A stretch of 64,000 bases of DNA, taken from Marsupella aquatica. Taxonomy: Eukaryota; Plantae; Marchantiophyta. The notes beneath the pieces were generated by a model. The model was not told where the DNA came from, did no database searches, and saw nothing but the letters and a program-made list of their open reading frames with translations. How positions within the stretch are numbered: position 1 is the stretch's first letter; the number at the start of each line of letters is the position of its first letter. The stretch is from positions 20,922,260 to 20,986,259 of the forward strand of contig OZ316897.1 of NCBI GenBank assembly GCA_973895155.1. Direction: 5' to 3'. A program made the position numbers and the translations under genes. Below, in pieces: positions 1-12,400 of the stretch.

Positions 1-485
1 TGTTATTCAACTGATTGCCCCCCCCCTATCCGTGGGGTTTTCACGCTATCAAAATTTATAAAAAATCCATCCAAGGAAAGTTGCAAATATTTGATGGTGG
101 ATGTGAGCCTGACAGTTTCAGAAATAGAATGGCTTAGTGCTCAAGCAATTAACATGACAGTGGTAATGAAGAAGCATATATCCAACCGTGCATCCTAGAC
201 TTGTTACCTTGAAACTAGCTCTTATGTTCAAGGCAAAATCTTTAGGACACCTATAATAATATTAGCTACTTTCACGGACTTGATTTTTGCAAAGATGGTC
301 CTTTGGTGTTGGGGTTTTTTGCTTTCCCTTGGAAAATTGGCCTATCATGCATGTTAAAAGTGTCCTTTCCACAAATTGGAGACTTTGTGCACTCAACATC
401 AATTTAACATTCAAAGGTTTCCAACTGCAATTCTTGAGAATACTATGGATCATCTCAATGCATTCAAATTGAACTTCATTCCTAT

Positions 486-3400
486 CTAGTAAACTGTTGT
501 TAAATTAGCGTTGGTCACTATGCTAGGAAGTCCCGCCTCTAATCTACTTGGCTCATCTGAAGTTGCTTGCTGTGATTCTCCCAAGATTGAGTCATTCCCA
601 TCACTCGAGTTTGTCCCTTGACTCTTGAAACTACTATCCAAGCCCTGTACAAGTTTAATTACAGAACTTTGTTCGTCTGTCAGCTCCACACTAACACGTC
701 CTTCCAAAACTTTCTTAACTGTCCCAATCTCTGAAAAAGGATGTGAAGGACATTTCTCAACCTCTCCATCAGATGGAAAATCCACTTCTTTTTTTGTCTC
801 AACGTCTGGGGGCATTGAGCCTTCTCCCTTAATCCCCTTGGCATTTCCATCTTCCTTTGATCCATCAAAGTTTAGGAATTTCACACCATGTTCTTTTATG
901 AGAAACCGTCTATACAGACATGATGCACACATGCAGATGTCTATATTTTCTGAAAGCCCTAGACCTTTAAATAATGGTTCCGTCTCAACCTTCTCACAAG
1001 CCCTGTCATTAGAAGAAACATGCACCGGCCTTGTCTCCCCTAACATCACTCTATTACTCACCCTCAATTCTTGGTCTTGAAGCCCATGCCCCTTGAAGAA
1101 AGGCTCTCCTGTCTGGTCTCCCTCCTCCTTTGCGAGACCTCCCTTTTCTACTCCTTGTGCTTCAGGACTACCAAACGCTCCAACAACACGTTGCTCCCCA
1201 CCTAGCTCCTCTCCTCCGCCCCCAATTTCCATGCTTGCAAGGTCCTCTGCTGCTGGTGCCAATGCCTCCAAGGGCAGCTCAAATTCCCTCGGTGCGGTGG
1301 CAGGTGCTGCTTCCACTGCGGGCTCCTTGGGTGGAACCTCATCCTCCACCACGGGCTCCTTGGGAGCAGCCTCATCCTCCATCAGGGGTGCCACAGGCTC
1401 CTCAAGGATATCCTTTTGTTCCTGCTCAATCTCTGGTTCCCCTTCAAGTGGATCCACTGGGGCAGCCAACTTCTCCACGGCTGCTGGTTCCACCGCTGGT
1501 TCCTCCTTTGTAGGTTCTAGTTCTGGTGCTGCTCCTACAGACGTAGGTGTCACCTCTTCCTCTGTGGAGGGCACGGCAGGGCTGGGCTCCTCCTCCGCTG
1601 CAAGTTCCTCTGCTGCAGGTGGCAATGCCTCCAATGGGAGGTCAAATTCCCTGGTTGAGATAGCAGGTGCTGCTTCCACCGTGGGCTCCTTGGGAGCAAC
1701 CTCATCCTCCATCGGGGGTGCCACTGGCTCCTCAGGGACAGCCTTGAGCTCCTGCTCAACCTCTAGAGGTACCTCAAGTAGCTCCTCTGGGGCAGCCAAC
1801 TCCTCCACGGCTGCTGGTTCCTCCTTTGTGGGTTCAAGTTCAGGTGCTGCTCCTTCAGACGTAGGTCCCACCCCTTCCTCTGTAGAGGGCACGGCTGGGC
1901 TGGGCTCCTCCTCCGCTGCAAGGTCCTCTACTGCTGGTGGTGATGCCTCCAAGGGGAGCTCAAATTCCCTGGGTGCCGTGGCAGGTGCTGCTTCCACGGC
2001 GGGCTCCTTGGGAGCAACCTCATCCTCCACCACGGGCGCCACACGCTCCTCAGGGACGGCCTCAAGCTTCCGCTCAACTTCTAGAGGTACCTCAAGTCGC
2101 TCCTCCGGGGCAGCCAACTTCTCCACGGCTGCTGGTTCCTCCACCAAAGGGAGGTCAAATTCCCTCGTTGCAGGGGCTGGTGCTGCTTCCACCGCGGGCT
2201 CCTTGAAAGCAACCTCATCCTCCACCACGGGTGCCACAGGCTCCTCAGGGACAGCCTCATGCTCCTGCTCAACCTCTGGTGCCACCTCAACAGGCTCCTT
2301 CGGGGCAGCCAACTCCTCCACGGCTGCTGGTTCCTCCTTTGTGGGTTCTAGTTCTGGTGCTGCTCCTTCAGACGTAGGTGCCACCCCTTCCTCTGTGGAG
2401 GGCACGGCTGGGCTGGGCTCCTTCTCGGCTGCAAGGTCCTCTATTGCTGGTGGCAACGCCTCCAAGGGGAGCTCAAATACCCTGGTTGCAGTGGCTGGTG
2501 CTGCTTCCACTGCGGGCTCTTTGGGAGCAACCTCATCCTCCACCACGGGTGCCACAAGCTCCTCTTGGACAGCCTCATGGTCCTGCTCAACATCTGGTGC
2601 CACCTCAAGTGTCTCCTCCGGGGCAGCCAACTTCTCCAAGGGTGGTGGTTCCTCCTCTTTAGGTTCTAGTTCTGATGCAGCTTCTTCAGACGGAGGTCCC
2701 ACCTCTTCCTCTCTGGAGGGCACGGCTGGACTGGGCTCATCCTCCGCTGCACGGTCCTCTACTGCTGGTGATGATGCCTCCAAGAGGAGGTCAAATTCCC
2801 TGGTTGTGGTGGCAGGTGCTGCTTCCACCGCGGGCTCCTTGGGAGCAACCTCATCCTCCACCAAGGGCGCCAATGGCTCCTCTGGGACAGCCTCATGCTC
2901 CTGCTGAACCTCTGGTGCCACCTCAACTGGCTCCTCCGGGGTAGCCAGCTTCTCCACGGCTGCTGGTTCCTTGTCTGTGGGTACGAGTTCTGGTGCTGCA
3001 ACTTCAGACGTAGGTGCCACCTCTTGCACTGTTGAGGGCACGGCTGCGCTGGGCTCCTCCTTGACTGCAAGGTCCTCTGCTGCTGGTGGCAATGCCTGCA
3101 AGGGGACGTAGAATTCCCTGGTTGCGGTGGCAGCTGCTGTTTCCACCACGGGATCCTTGGGAGTAACCACATCTTCCACAAAGGGTGCCACTGGCTCCTC
3201 AAGGACAGCCTCATGCTCTGGCTCAACCTCTGGTCCCACCTCAACTGGCTCCTCTGGGGCAGCCAACTTCTCCACGGCTACTGGTTCCTCCTCTGTGGGT
3301 TCGAGTTCTGGTGCTGCTACTTCAGACGTAGGTGCCACCTCTTCCTCTCTTGAGGGCACGGCTGGAAAGGGCTCCTCCTCCGCTGCAAGGTCCTTTACTG

Positions 3401-6400
3401 CTGGTGATGATGCCTCCAAGGGGAGGTCAAATTCCCTGGTTGCGGTGGCAGGTACTCCTTCCACCGCGGGCTCCTCGGGAGCAACCTCATCCTCCACCAT
3501 GGGTGCCACTGGCTCCTCAGGGACAGCCTCATGCTCCTGCTCAACCTCTGGTGCCACTTCAACAGGCTCCTCCGGGGCAGCCAACTTCTCCACGGCTGTT
3601 GGTTCCTCCTCTGTAGGTTCTAGTTCTCTTGCTGCTACTTCAGACGTAGGTGCCACCTCTTCCTCTGAGGAGAGCACAGCTAGGCTGGGCTCCTCCTCCG
3701 CTGCAAGGTCCTCAGCTGCCGGTCCCGATGCCTCCAAGGGGAGGTCAAATTCCCTGGGTGCCGTGGCAGGTGCTGCTTCTACCGCGGGGTCCTTGGGAGC
3801 AACCTGATCCTCCACCACGGGTGCCACTGCCTCCTCAGGGACAGCCGCATGCTCCTGCTCAACCTCTGGGGCCACCTCAAGTGGCTCCTCATGGGCAGCC
3901 AACTTCTCCATGGCTGCTGGTTCCTCCTCCAAAGGGAAGGAAAATTCCCTCGTTGAGGGAGCTAGTGCTGCTTCCACCGTGGGCCCCTTGGGAGCAAATT
4001 CATCCTCCACCACGGGTGCCATTGGCTCCTCAGAGACAGCATCATGCTCCTGCTCAACCTCTTGTGCCACCTCAACAGGCTCCTCCGGGGCAGCCAACTT
4101 CTCCACGGCTGTTGGTTCCTCCTCTGTGGGTTCTAGTTCTGGTGATGCTACTTCAAACGTGGCTTCAACCTCTTCCTCTGTTGAGGGCAAAGCTAGGCAA
4201 GGCTCCTTCTTGGCTGCAAGGTCCTCTACTACTGGTGGCGATGCCTCCAAGGGGAGGTCAAATTCCCTGGTTGCGGTGGCAGGTACTCCTTCCACCGCGG
4301 GCTCCTCGGGAGCAACCTCATCCTCCACCACGGGTGCCACTGGCTCCTCAGGGACAGCCACATGCTCCTGCTCAACCTCTGGTGCCACTTCAACAGGCTC
4401 CTCCGGGGCAGCCAACTTCTCCACGGCTGTTGGTTCCTCCTCTGTAGGTTCTAGTTCTCTTGCTGCTACTTCAGACGTAGGTGCCACCTCTTCCTCTGAG
4501 GAGAGCACAGCTAGGCTGGGCTCCTCCTCCGCTGCAAGGTCCTCAGCTGCCGGTCCCGATGCCTCCAAGGGGAGGTCAAATTCCCTGGGTGCCGTGGCAG
4601 GTGCTGCTTCTACCGCGGGGTCCTTGGGAGCAACCTGATCCTCCACCACGGGTGCCACTGCCTCCTCAGGGACAGCCGCATGCTCCTGCTCAACCTCTGG
4701 GGCCACCTCAAGTGGCTCCTCATGGGCAGCCAACTTCTCCATGGCTGCTGGTTCCTCCTCCAAAGGGAGGGAAAATTCCCTCGTTGAGGGAGCTAGTGCT
4801 GCTTCCACCGTGGGCCCCTTGGGAGCAAATTCATCCTCCACCACGGGTGCCATTGGCTCCTCAGAGACAGCATCATGCTCCTGCTCAACCTCTTGTGCCA
4901 CCTCAACAGGCTCCTCCGGGGCAGCCAACTTCTCCACGGCTGTTGGTTCCTCCTCTGTGGGTTCTAGTTCTGGTGATGCTACTTCAAACGTGGCTTCAAC
5001 CTCTTCCTCTGTTGAGGGCAAAGCTAGGCAAGGCTCCTTCTTGGCTGCAAGGTCCTCTACTACTGGTGGCGATGCCTCCAAGGGGAGGTCAAATTCCCTG
5101 GTTGGGGTGGCAGGTGCTGTTTCCACCGCGGGCTCCTTGGGAGCAACCTCATCCTCCGCCACGGGTGCCACAAGCCCCTCCGCTGCAAGGTCCACTACTG
5201 CTGGTGATGATGCCTCCAAGAGGAGGTCAAATTCCCTGGTTGTGGTGGCAGGTGCTGCTTCCACCGCGGGCTCCTTCGGAGCAACCTCAACGTCCACCAC
5301 GGGTGCCACTGGCTCCTCAGGGACAGCGTGATGCTCCTGCTCAACCTGTGGTGCCACCTCAACTGGTTCCTCTGGGGCAGCCAACTTCTCCATGCCTACT
5401 GGTTCCTCCTCTGTGGGTTCTAGTTCTGGTGCTGCTACTTCAGACGTAGGTGCCACCTCTTCTTCTGAGGAGGGCACAGCTGGGCTGGGCTCCTCCTCCG
5501 CTGCAAGGTCCTCAGCTGCCGGTCCCGATGCCTCCAAGGGGAGGTCAAATTCCCTGGGTGCCGTGGCAGGTGCTGCTTCTACCACGGGGTCCTTGGGAGC
5601 AACCTGATCCTCCACCACGGGTGCCACTGCCTCCTCAGGGACAGCCGCATGCTCCTGCTCAACCTCTGGGGCTACCTCAAGTGGCTCCTCATGGGCAGCC
5701 AACTTCTCCATGGTTGCTGGTTCCTCCTCCAAAGGGAGGGAAAATTCCCTCGTTGAGGGAGCTAGTGCTGCTTCCACCGTGGGCTCCTTGGGAGCAAATT
5801 CATCCTCCACCACGGGTGCCATTGGCTCCTCAGAGACAGCATCATGCTCCTGCTCAACCTCTGGTGCCACCTCAACAGGCTCCTCCGGGGCAGCCAACTT
5901 CTCCACGGCTGTTGGTTCCTCCTCTGTGGGTTCTAGTTCTGGTGATGCTACTTCAAACGTGGCTTCAACCGCTTCGTCTGTTGAGGGCAAAGCTAGGCAA
6001 GGCTCCTTCTTGGCTGCAAGGTCCTCTACTACTGGTGGCGATGCCTCCAAGGGGAGGTCAAATTCCCTGGTTGCGGTGGCAGGTGCTGTTTCCACCTCGG
6101 GCTCCTTGGGAGCAACCTCATCCTCCGCCACGGGTGCCACAAGCCCCTCCGCTGCAAGGTCCTCTACTGCTGGTGATGATTCCTCCAAGAGGAGGTCAAA
6201 TTCCCTGGGTGCCGTGGCAGGTGCTGCTTCTACCACGGGGTCCTTGGGAGCAACCTGATCCTCCACCACGGGTGCCACTGCCTCCTCAGGGACAGCCGCA
6301 TGCTCCTGCTCAACCTCTGGGGCCACCTCAAGTGGCTCCTCATGGGCAGCCAACTTCTCCATGGTTGCTGGTTCCTCCTCCAAAGGGAGGGAAAATTCCC

Positions 6401-9400
6401 TCGTTGAGGGAGCTAGTGCTGCTTCCACCGCGGGCTCCTTGGGAGCAACCTCATCCTCCACCACGGGCGCCACTGGCTCCTCAGGGACAGCCTCATGCTC
6501 CTGCTCAACCTCTGGTGCTACCTCAACTGGTTCCTCTGGGGCAGCCAACTTCTCCATGCCTACTGGTTCCTCCTCTGTGGGTTCTAGTTCAGGTGCTGCT
6601 AGTTCAGACGTAGGTGCCACCTGTTCCTCTTTTGAGGGCACAGCTGGGATGGGCTTCTCCTCCGCTGCAAGGTCCTCAGCTTCTGGTCCCGATGCCTCCA
6701 AGGGGAGGTCAAATTCCCTGGTTGCTGTGGCAGGTGCTGCTTCTACCGCGGGGTCCTTGGGAGCAACCTCATCCTCTCCCACGAATGCCACTGGCTCCTC
6801 TAGGACAGCCTCATGCTCCTGCTCAACCTCTGGTGCCACCTCAACAGGCTCCTCCGGGGCAGCCAACTTCTCCACGGCTGTTGGTTCCTCCTCTGTGGGT
6901 TCTAGTTCTGGTGATGCTACTTCAGACATGGGTGCAACCTCTTTCTTTGTTGAGGGCACACCTAAGCTGGGCTCCTTCTCGGCTGCAAGGTCCTCTGCTA
7001 CTGGTGGCGATGCCTCTAAGGGGAGGTCAAATTCCCTGGTTGGGGTGGCAGGTGCTGTTTCCACCGCGGGCTCCTTGGGAGCAACCTCATCCTCCGCCAC
7101 GGGTGCCACAAGCCCCTCTGGAACAGCCGCATCCTCGTGCTCAACCTCTGGTGCCACCTCAACTGGCTCCTCTGGGGCAGCCAACTTCTCCAACACGGGT
7201 GCCACTAGCTCCTCAGGGATAGCCTCATGCTCCTGCTCAACCTCTGGTGCCAAATCAAGTGGCACCTCTGGGGCAGCCAACTTCTCCACGGCTGCTGGTT
7301 CCTCCTCCAAAGGGAGGTCAAATTCCCTCGTTGCGGGGGCCGGTGCTTTTTCCACCGCGGGCTCCTTGCGAGCAACCTGATCCTCCACCACGGGTGCCAC
7401 AGGCTCCTCAGGGACAGCATCATGCTCCTGCTGAACCACTGGTACCACCTCAACTGGCTCCTCTAGGGCAGCCACCTTCTCCACGGCTACTGGTTCCTCC
7501 TGTGTGGGTTCTAGTTCTGGTGCTGCTAGTTCAGACGTAGGTGCGACCTCTTCCTCTGTTGAGGGCACAGTTGGGCTGGGATCCTCCTCCCCTGCAAGGT
7601 CCTCAGCTGCTGGGCCCGATGCCTCCAAGGGGAGGTCAAATTCCCTGGTTGCCGTGGCAGGTGCTGCCTCTACCGCGGGGTGCTTGGGAGCAACCTCATC
7701 CTCCACCACGGGTGCCACTTGCTCCTCTCGGACAGCCTCATGCCCCTGCTCAACCTCTGGTGCCACCTCAACAGGCTCCTCCGGGGCAGCCAACTTCTCC
7801 ACGGCTGTGGGTTCCTCCTCTGTGGGTTCTAGTTTTGGTGATGCTACTTCAGACATGGGTGCAACCTCTTCCTCTGTTGAGGGCACAGCTAGGCTGGGCT
7901 CCTTCTCGGCAACAAGGTCCTCTGCTACTGTTGGCGATGCCTCCAAGTGGAGGTCAAATTCCCTGGTTGCGGTGGCAGGTGTTGTTTCCACCACGGGCTC
8001 CTTGGGAGCAACCTCATCCTCCGCCACGGGTGCCACAATCCCCTCTGGGACAGCCGCATCCTCGTGCTCAACCTCTGGTGCCACCTCAAGTGGCTCCTCT
8101 GGGGCAGCCAACTTCTCCAACACGGGTGCCACTAGCTCCTCAGGGATAGCCTCATGCTCCTGCTCAACCTCTGGTCCCACCTCAAGTGGCTCCTCTCGGG
8201 CAGCCAACTTCTCCACGGCTGCTGGTTCCTCCTCCAATGGGAGGTCAAATTCCCTAGTTGCAGGGGCTGGTGCTGCTTCCACCGCGGGCTCCTTGGGAGC
8301 AACCTCATCCTCCACCACGGGTGCCATTGGCTCCTTAGGGACAGCCTCATGCTCGTGCTCAACCTCTGGTAACACCTCAACTGGCTCCTCTAGGGCAGCC
8401 AACTTCTCCACGTCTGTTGGTTCCTGCTCTGTGGGTTGCAGGTCTGGTGCTGCTAGTTCAGACGTAGGTGCCATCTCTTCCTCTGTTGAGGGCACAGCTG
8501 GGCTGGGCTCCTTCTCCGCTGCAAGGTCCTCAATTGCTGGTCCCACTGCCTCCAAGGGGAGGTCAAATTCCCTGGTTGCTGTGGCAGGTGCTGTTTCCAC
8601 CCCGGGCTGCTTGGGAGCAACCTCATCCTCCGCCACGAGTGCCACAAGCTCCTGTGGGACAGCCACATGCTCCTGCTCCACCTCTGGTGCCACCTCAAGT
8701 GGCTCCTCTTGGTCAGCCAACTTCTCCACGGCTGGTGGTTCCTCCTCCAAAGGGAGGTCAAATTCCCTCGTTGCTGGGGCTGGTGCTGCTTCCACCGCGG
8801 GAACCTTGGGAGCAACCTCATCCTCCACCACGGGTGCCACGGGATCCTCAAGGACAGCCTCATGCTCCTGCTTAACCTCTGCTCCCACCTCAACAGGCTC
8901 CTCCGGGATAGCCGACTTCTCCAGGGCTGTTGGTTCCTCCTCTGTGGGTTCGAGTTCTGGTGATGCTCCTTCAGGCGTGGGTGCAACGTCTTCCTCTTTT
9001 GAGGGCACAACTAGGCTGGGCTCCTGCTTGGCTGCAAGGTCCTCTGCTACTGGTGGCGATGCCTCTAAGGGGAGGTCAAATTCCCTGGTTGCGGTGGCAG
9101 GTGCTGTTTCCACCGTGAGCTCCTTGGGAGCAACCTCATCCTCCGGCACGGGTGCCACAAGCTCCTCTGGCACAGCCGCATCCTCGTACTCAACCTCTCG
9201 TGCCACCTCAACTGGCTCCTGTGCGGCAGCCAACTTCTCCACCACGGGTGCCACTGGCTCCTGTGGGACATGCTCCTGCTCAACCTCTGGTGCCACCTCA
9301 ACAGGCTTCTCCGAGGCAGCCAACTTCTCCATGGCTGTTGGTTCCTCCTCTGTGGGTCCTAGTTCTGGTGATGCTACTTCAGACGTGGCTTTAACCTCTT

Positions 9401-12400
9401 CCTCTGTTGAGGGCAAAGCTAGGCTGGGCTCCTTCTTGGCTGCAAGGTTCTCTGCTACTGGTGGCGATGCCTGCAAGGGAAGGTCAAATTCTCTGGTTGC
9501 GGTGGCAGGTGATATTTCCACCCCGGGCTCCTTGGGAGCAACCTCATCCTCCGCCACGAGTGCCACAAGCTCCTGTGAGACAGCCACATGCTCCTGCTCC
9601 ACCTCTGGTGCCACCTCAAGTGGCTCCTTTGGGGCAGCCAACTTCTCCACGGCTGCTGGTTCCTCCTCCAAAGGGAGGTCAAATTCCCTCGTTGCAGGGG
9701 CTGGTGCTGCTTCCACCGCCGGCTCCTTGGGAGCAACCTCATACTCCACCACGAGTGCCATTGGCTCCTTAGGGACAGCCTCATGCTCGTGCTCAACCTC
9801 TGGTACCACCTCAACTGGCTGCTCTAGGGTAGCCGACTTCTCCACGGCTACTACTTCCTCCTCTGTGGGTTCTAGTTCTGGTGCTGCTAGTTCAGACGTA
9901 GGTGCCATCTCTTCCTGTGTTGAGGGGACAGCTGGGCTGGGCTTCTCCTCCGCTGCAACGTCCTCAGCTGCTGGTCCCGATGCCTCCAAGGGGAGGTCAA
10001 ATTCTCTGGTTGCGGTGGCAGGTGCTGTTTCCACCTCGGGCTCCTTGGGAGCAACCTCATCCTCCGCCACGGGTGCCACAAGACCCTCTGGGACAGCCGC
10101 ATCCTCGTGCTCAACCTCTGGTGCCACCTCAACTGGCTCCTCTGGGGCAGCCAACTTGTCCAGCACGGGTGCCACTAGCTCCTCAGGGATAGCCTCATGC
10201 TCCTGCTCAACCTTTGGTGCCACCTCAAGTGGCTCCTCTAGGGCAGCCAACTTCTCCACGGCTGCTGGTTCCTCCTCCAAAGGGAGGTCAAATTCCCTCG
10301 TTCCGGCGGCGGGTGCTTCTTCCACCGCGGGCTGCTTGCGAGCAACCTCATCCTCCACCACAGGTGCCACTTGCTCCTCTGGGACAGCCTCATGCCCCTG
10401 CTCAACCTCTGGTGCCACCTCAAGAGGCTCCTCGGGGGTAGCCAAGTTCTCCACGGCTGTGGGTTCCTCCTCAGTGGGTTCTAGTTCTGGTGATGCCACC
10501 TCAGACATGGGTGCAACCTCTTCCTCTGTTGAGGGCATAGCTAGGCTGGGCTCCTTCTCGGCTGCAAGGTCCTCTGCTACTGGTGGCGATGCCTCCAAGG
10601 GGAGGTCAAATTCCCTGGTTGCGGTGGCAAGTGCTGTTTCCACCTCGGGCTCCTTGGGAGCAACCTCATCCTCCGCCACGGGTGCCACAAGCCCCTCTGG
10701 GACAGCCGCATCGTCGTGCTCAACCTCTGGTGCCACCTCAACTGGCTCCTCTGGCGCAGCCAACTTCTCCAGCACGGGTGCCACTAGCTCCTCAGGGATA
10801 GCCTCATGCTCCTGCTCAACCTGTGGAGCCACCTCAAGTGGCTCCTCTGGGGCAGCCAACTTCTCCACGGCTGCTGGTTCCACTTCCAAAGGGAGGTCAA
10901 ATTCCCTCGTTGCAGGGGCTGGTGCTGCTTCCACCGCCGGCTCCTTGGGAGCAACCTCATCCTCCACCACGGGTGCCATTGGCTCCTCAGGGACAGCCTC
11001 ATGCTCGTGCTCAACCTCTGGTACCACCTCAACTGGCTGCTCTAGGGTAGCTGACTTCTCCACGGCTACTACTTCCTCCTCTGTGGGTTCTAGTTCTGGT
11101 GCTGCTAGTTCAGACGTAGGTGCCATCTCTTCCTGTGTTGAGGGGACAGCTGGGCTGGGCTTCTCCTCCGCTGCAAGGTCCTCAGCTGCTGGTCCCGATG
11201 CCTCCAAGGGGAGGTCAAATTCCCTGGTTGCCATGGCAGATGCTGCTTCTACCGCGGGGTCCTTGGGAGCAACCTCATCCTCCAGCACGGGTGCCACTTC
11301 CTCCTCTGGGACAGCCTCATGCTCCTGCTCAACCTCTGTTGCCACCTCAACAGGCTCCTCCGGGGCAGCCAACTTCTCCAGGGCTGTTGGTTCCTCCTCT
11401 GTGGGTCCTAGTTCTGGTGATGCTACTTCAGGCGTGGGTGCAACGTCTTCCTCTTTTGAGGGCACAGCTAGGCTGGGCTCCTTCTCGGCTGCAAGGTCCT
11501 CTGCTACTGGTGGCGATGCCTCCAAGGGGAGGTCAAATTCCCTGGTTGCGGGGGCAGGTGCTGTTTCCACCGCGGGCTCCTTGGGAGCAACCTTATCCTC
11601 CCCCCCGGGTGCCACAAGCTCCTCAGGGACAGCCGCATGCTCCTGCTCAACCTCTGGTGCCACCTCAAGTGGCTCCTCTGGGGCAGCTAACTTCTCCACG
11701 GCTGCTGGTTCCTCCTCCAAAGGGAGCTCAAATTCCCTCGTTGCGGGGGCTGGTGTTGCTTCTACCGCGGGCTCCTTGGGAGCAACCTCATCCTCCACCA
11801 CGGGCGCCACAGGCTCCTCAGGGACAGCCTCATGCTCCTGCTCAACCTCTGGTACCACCTGAACTGGCTCTAGGGCAGCCAAGTTCTCCACGGCTACTGG
11901 TTCCTCCTCTGTGGGTTCTGGTTCTGGTGCTGCTAGTTCAGACGTAGGTGCCATCTCTTCCTGTGTTGACGGGACAGCTGGGCTGGGCTCCTCCTTGGCT
12001 GCAAGGTCCTCAGCTGCTGGTCCCGATGCCTCCAAGGGGAGGTCAAATTCCCTGGTTGCCGTGGCAGGTGCTGCCTCTACCGCGGGGTCGTTGGGAGCAA
12101 CCTCATCCTCCACCACGGGTGCCACTTGCTCCTCTCGGACAGCCTCATGCTCCTGCTCAACCGCTGGTGCCACCTCAACAGGCTCCTCCGGGGCAGCCGA
12201 CTTCTCCAGGGCTGTTGGTTCCTCCTCAGTGGGTTCGAGTTCTAGTGATCCTACTTCCGACATGGGTGCAACCTCTTCCTCTGTTGAGGGCACAGCTAGG
12301 CTGGGCTCCTTCTCGGGTGCAAGGTCCTCTGCTACTGGTGGCGATGCCTCCAAGGGGAGGTCAAATTCCCTGGTTGCGGTGGCAGGTGCTGTTTCCACCT

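Noticed and set aside
1-60. Possible LTR terminus or polypurine tract (C9 run, ..gctatca)
   Set aside because: Truncated by the window edge; no partner LTR, PBS or pol sequence is visible.
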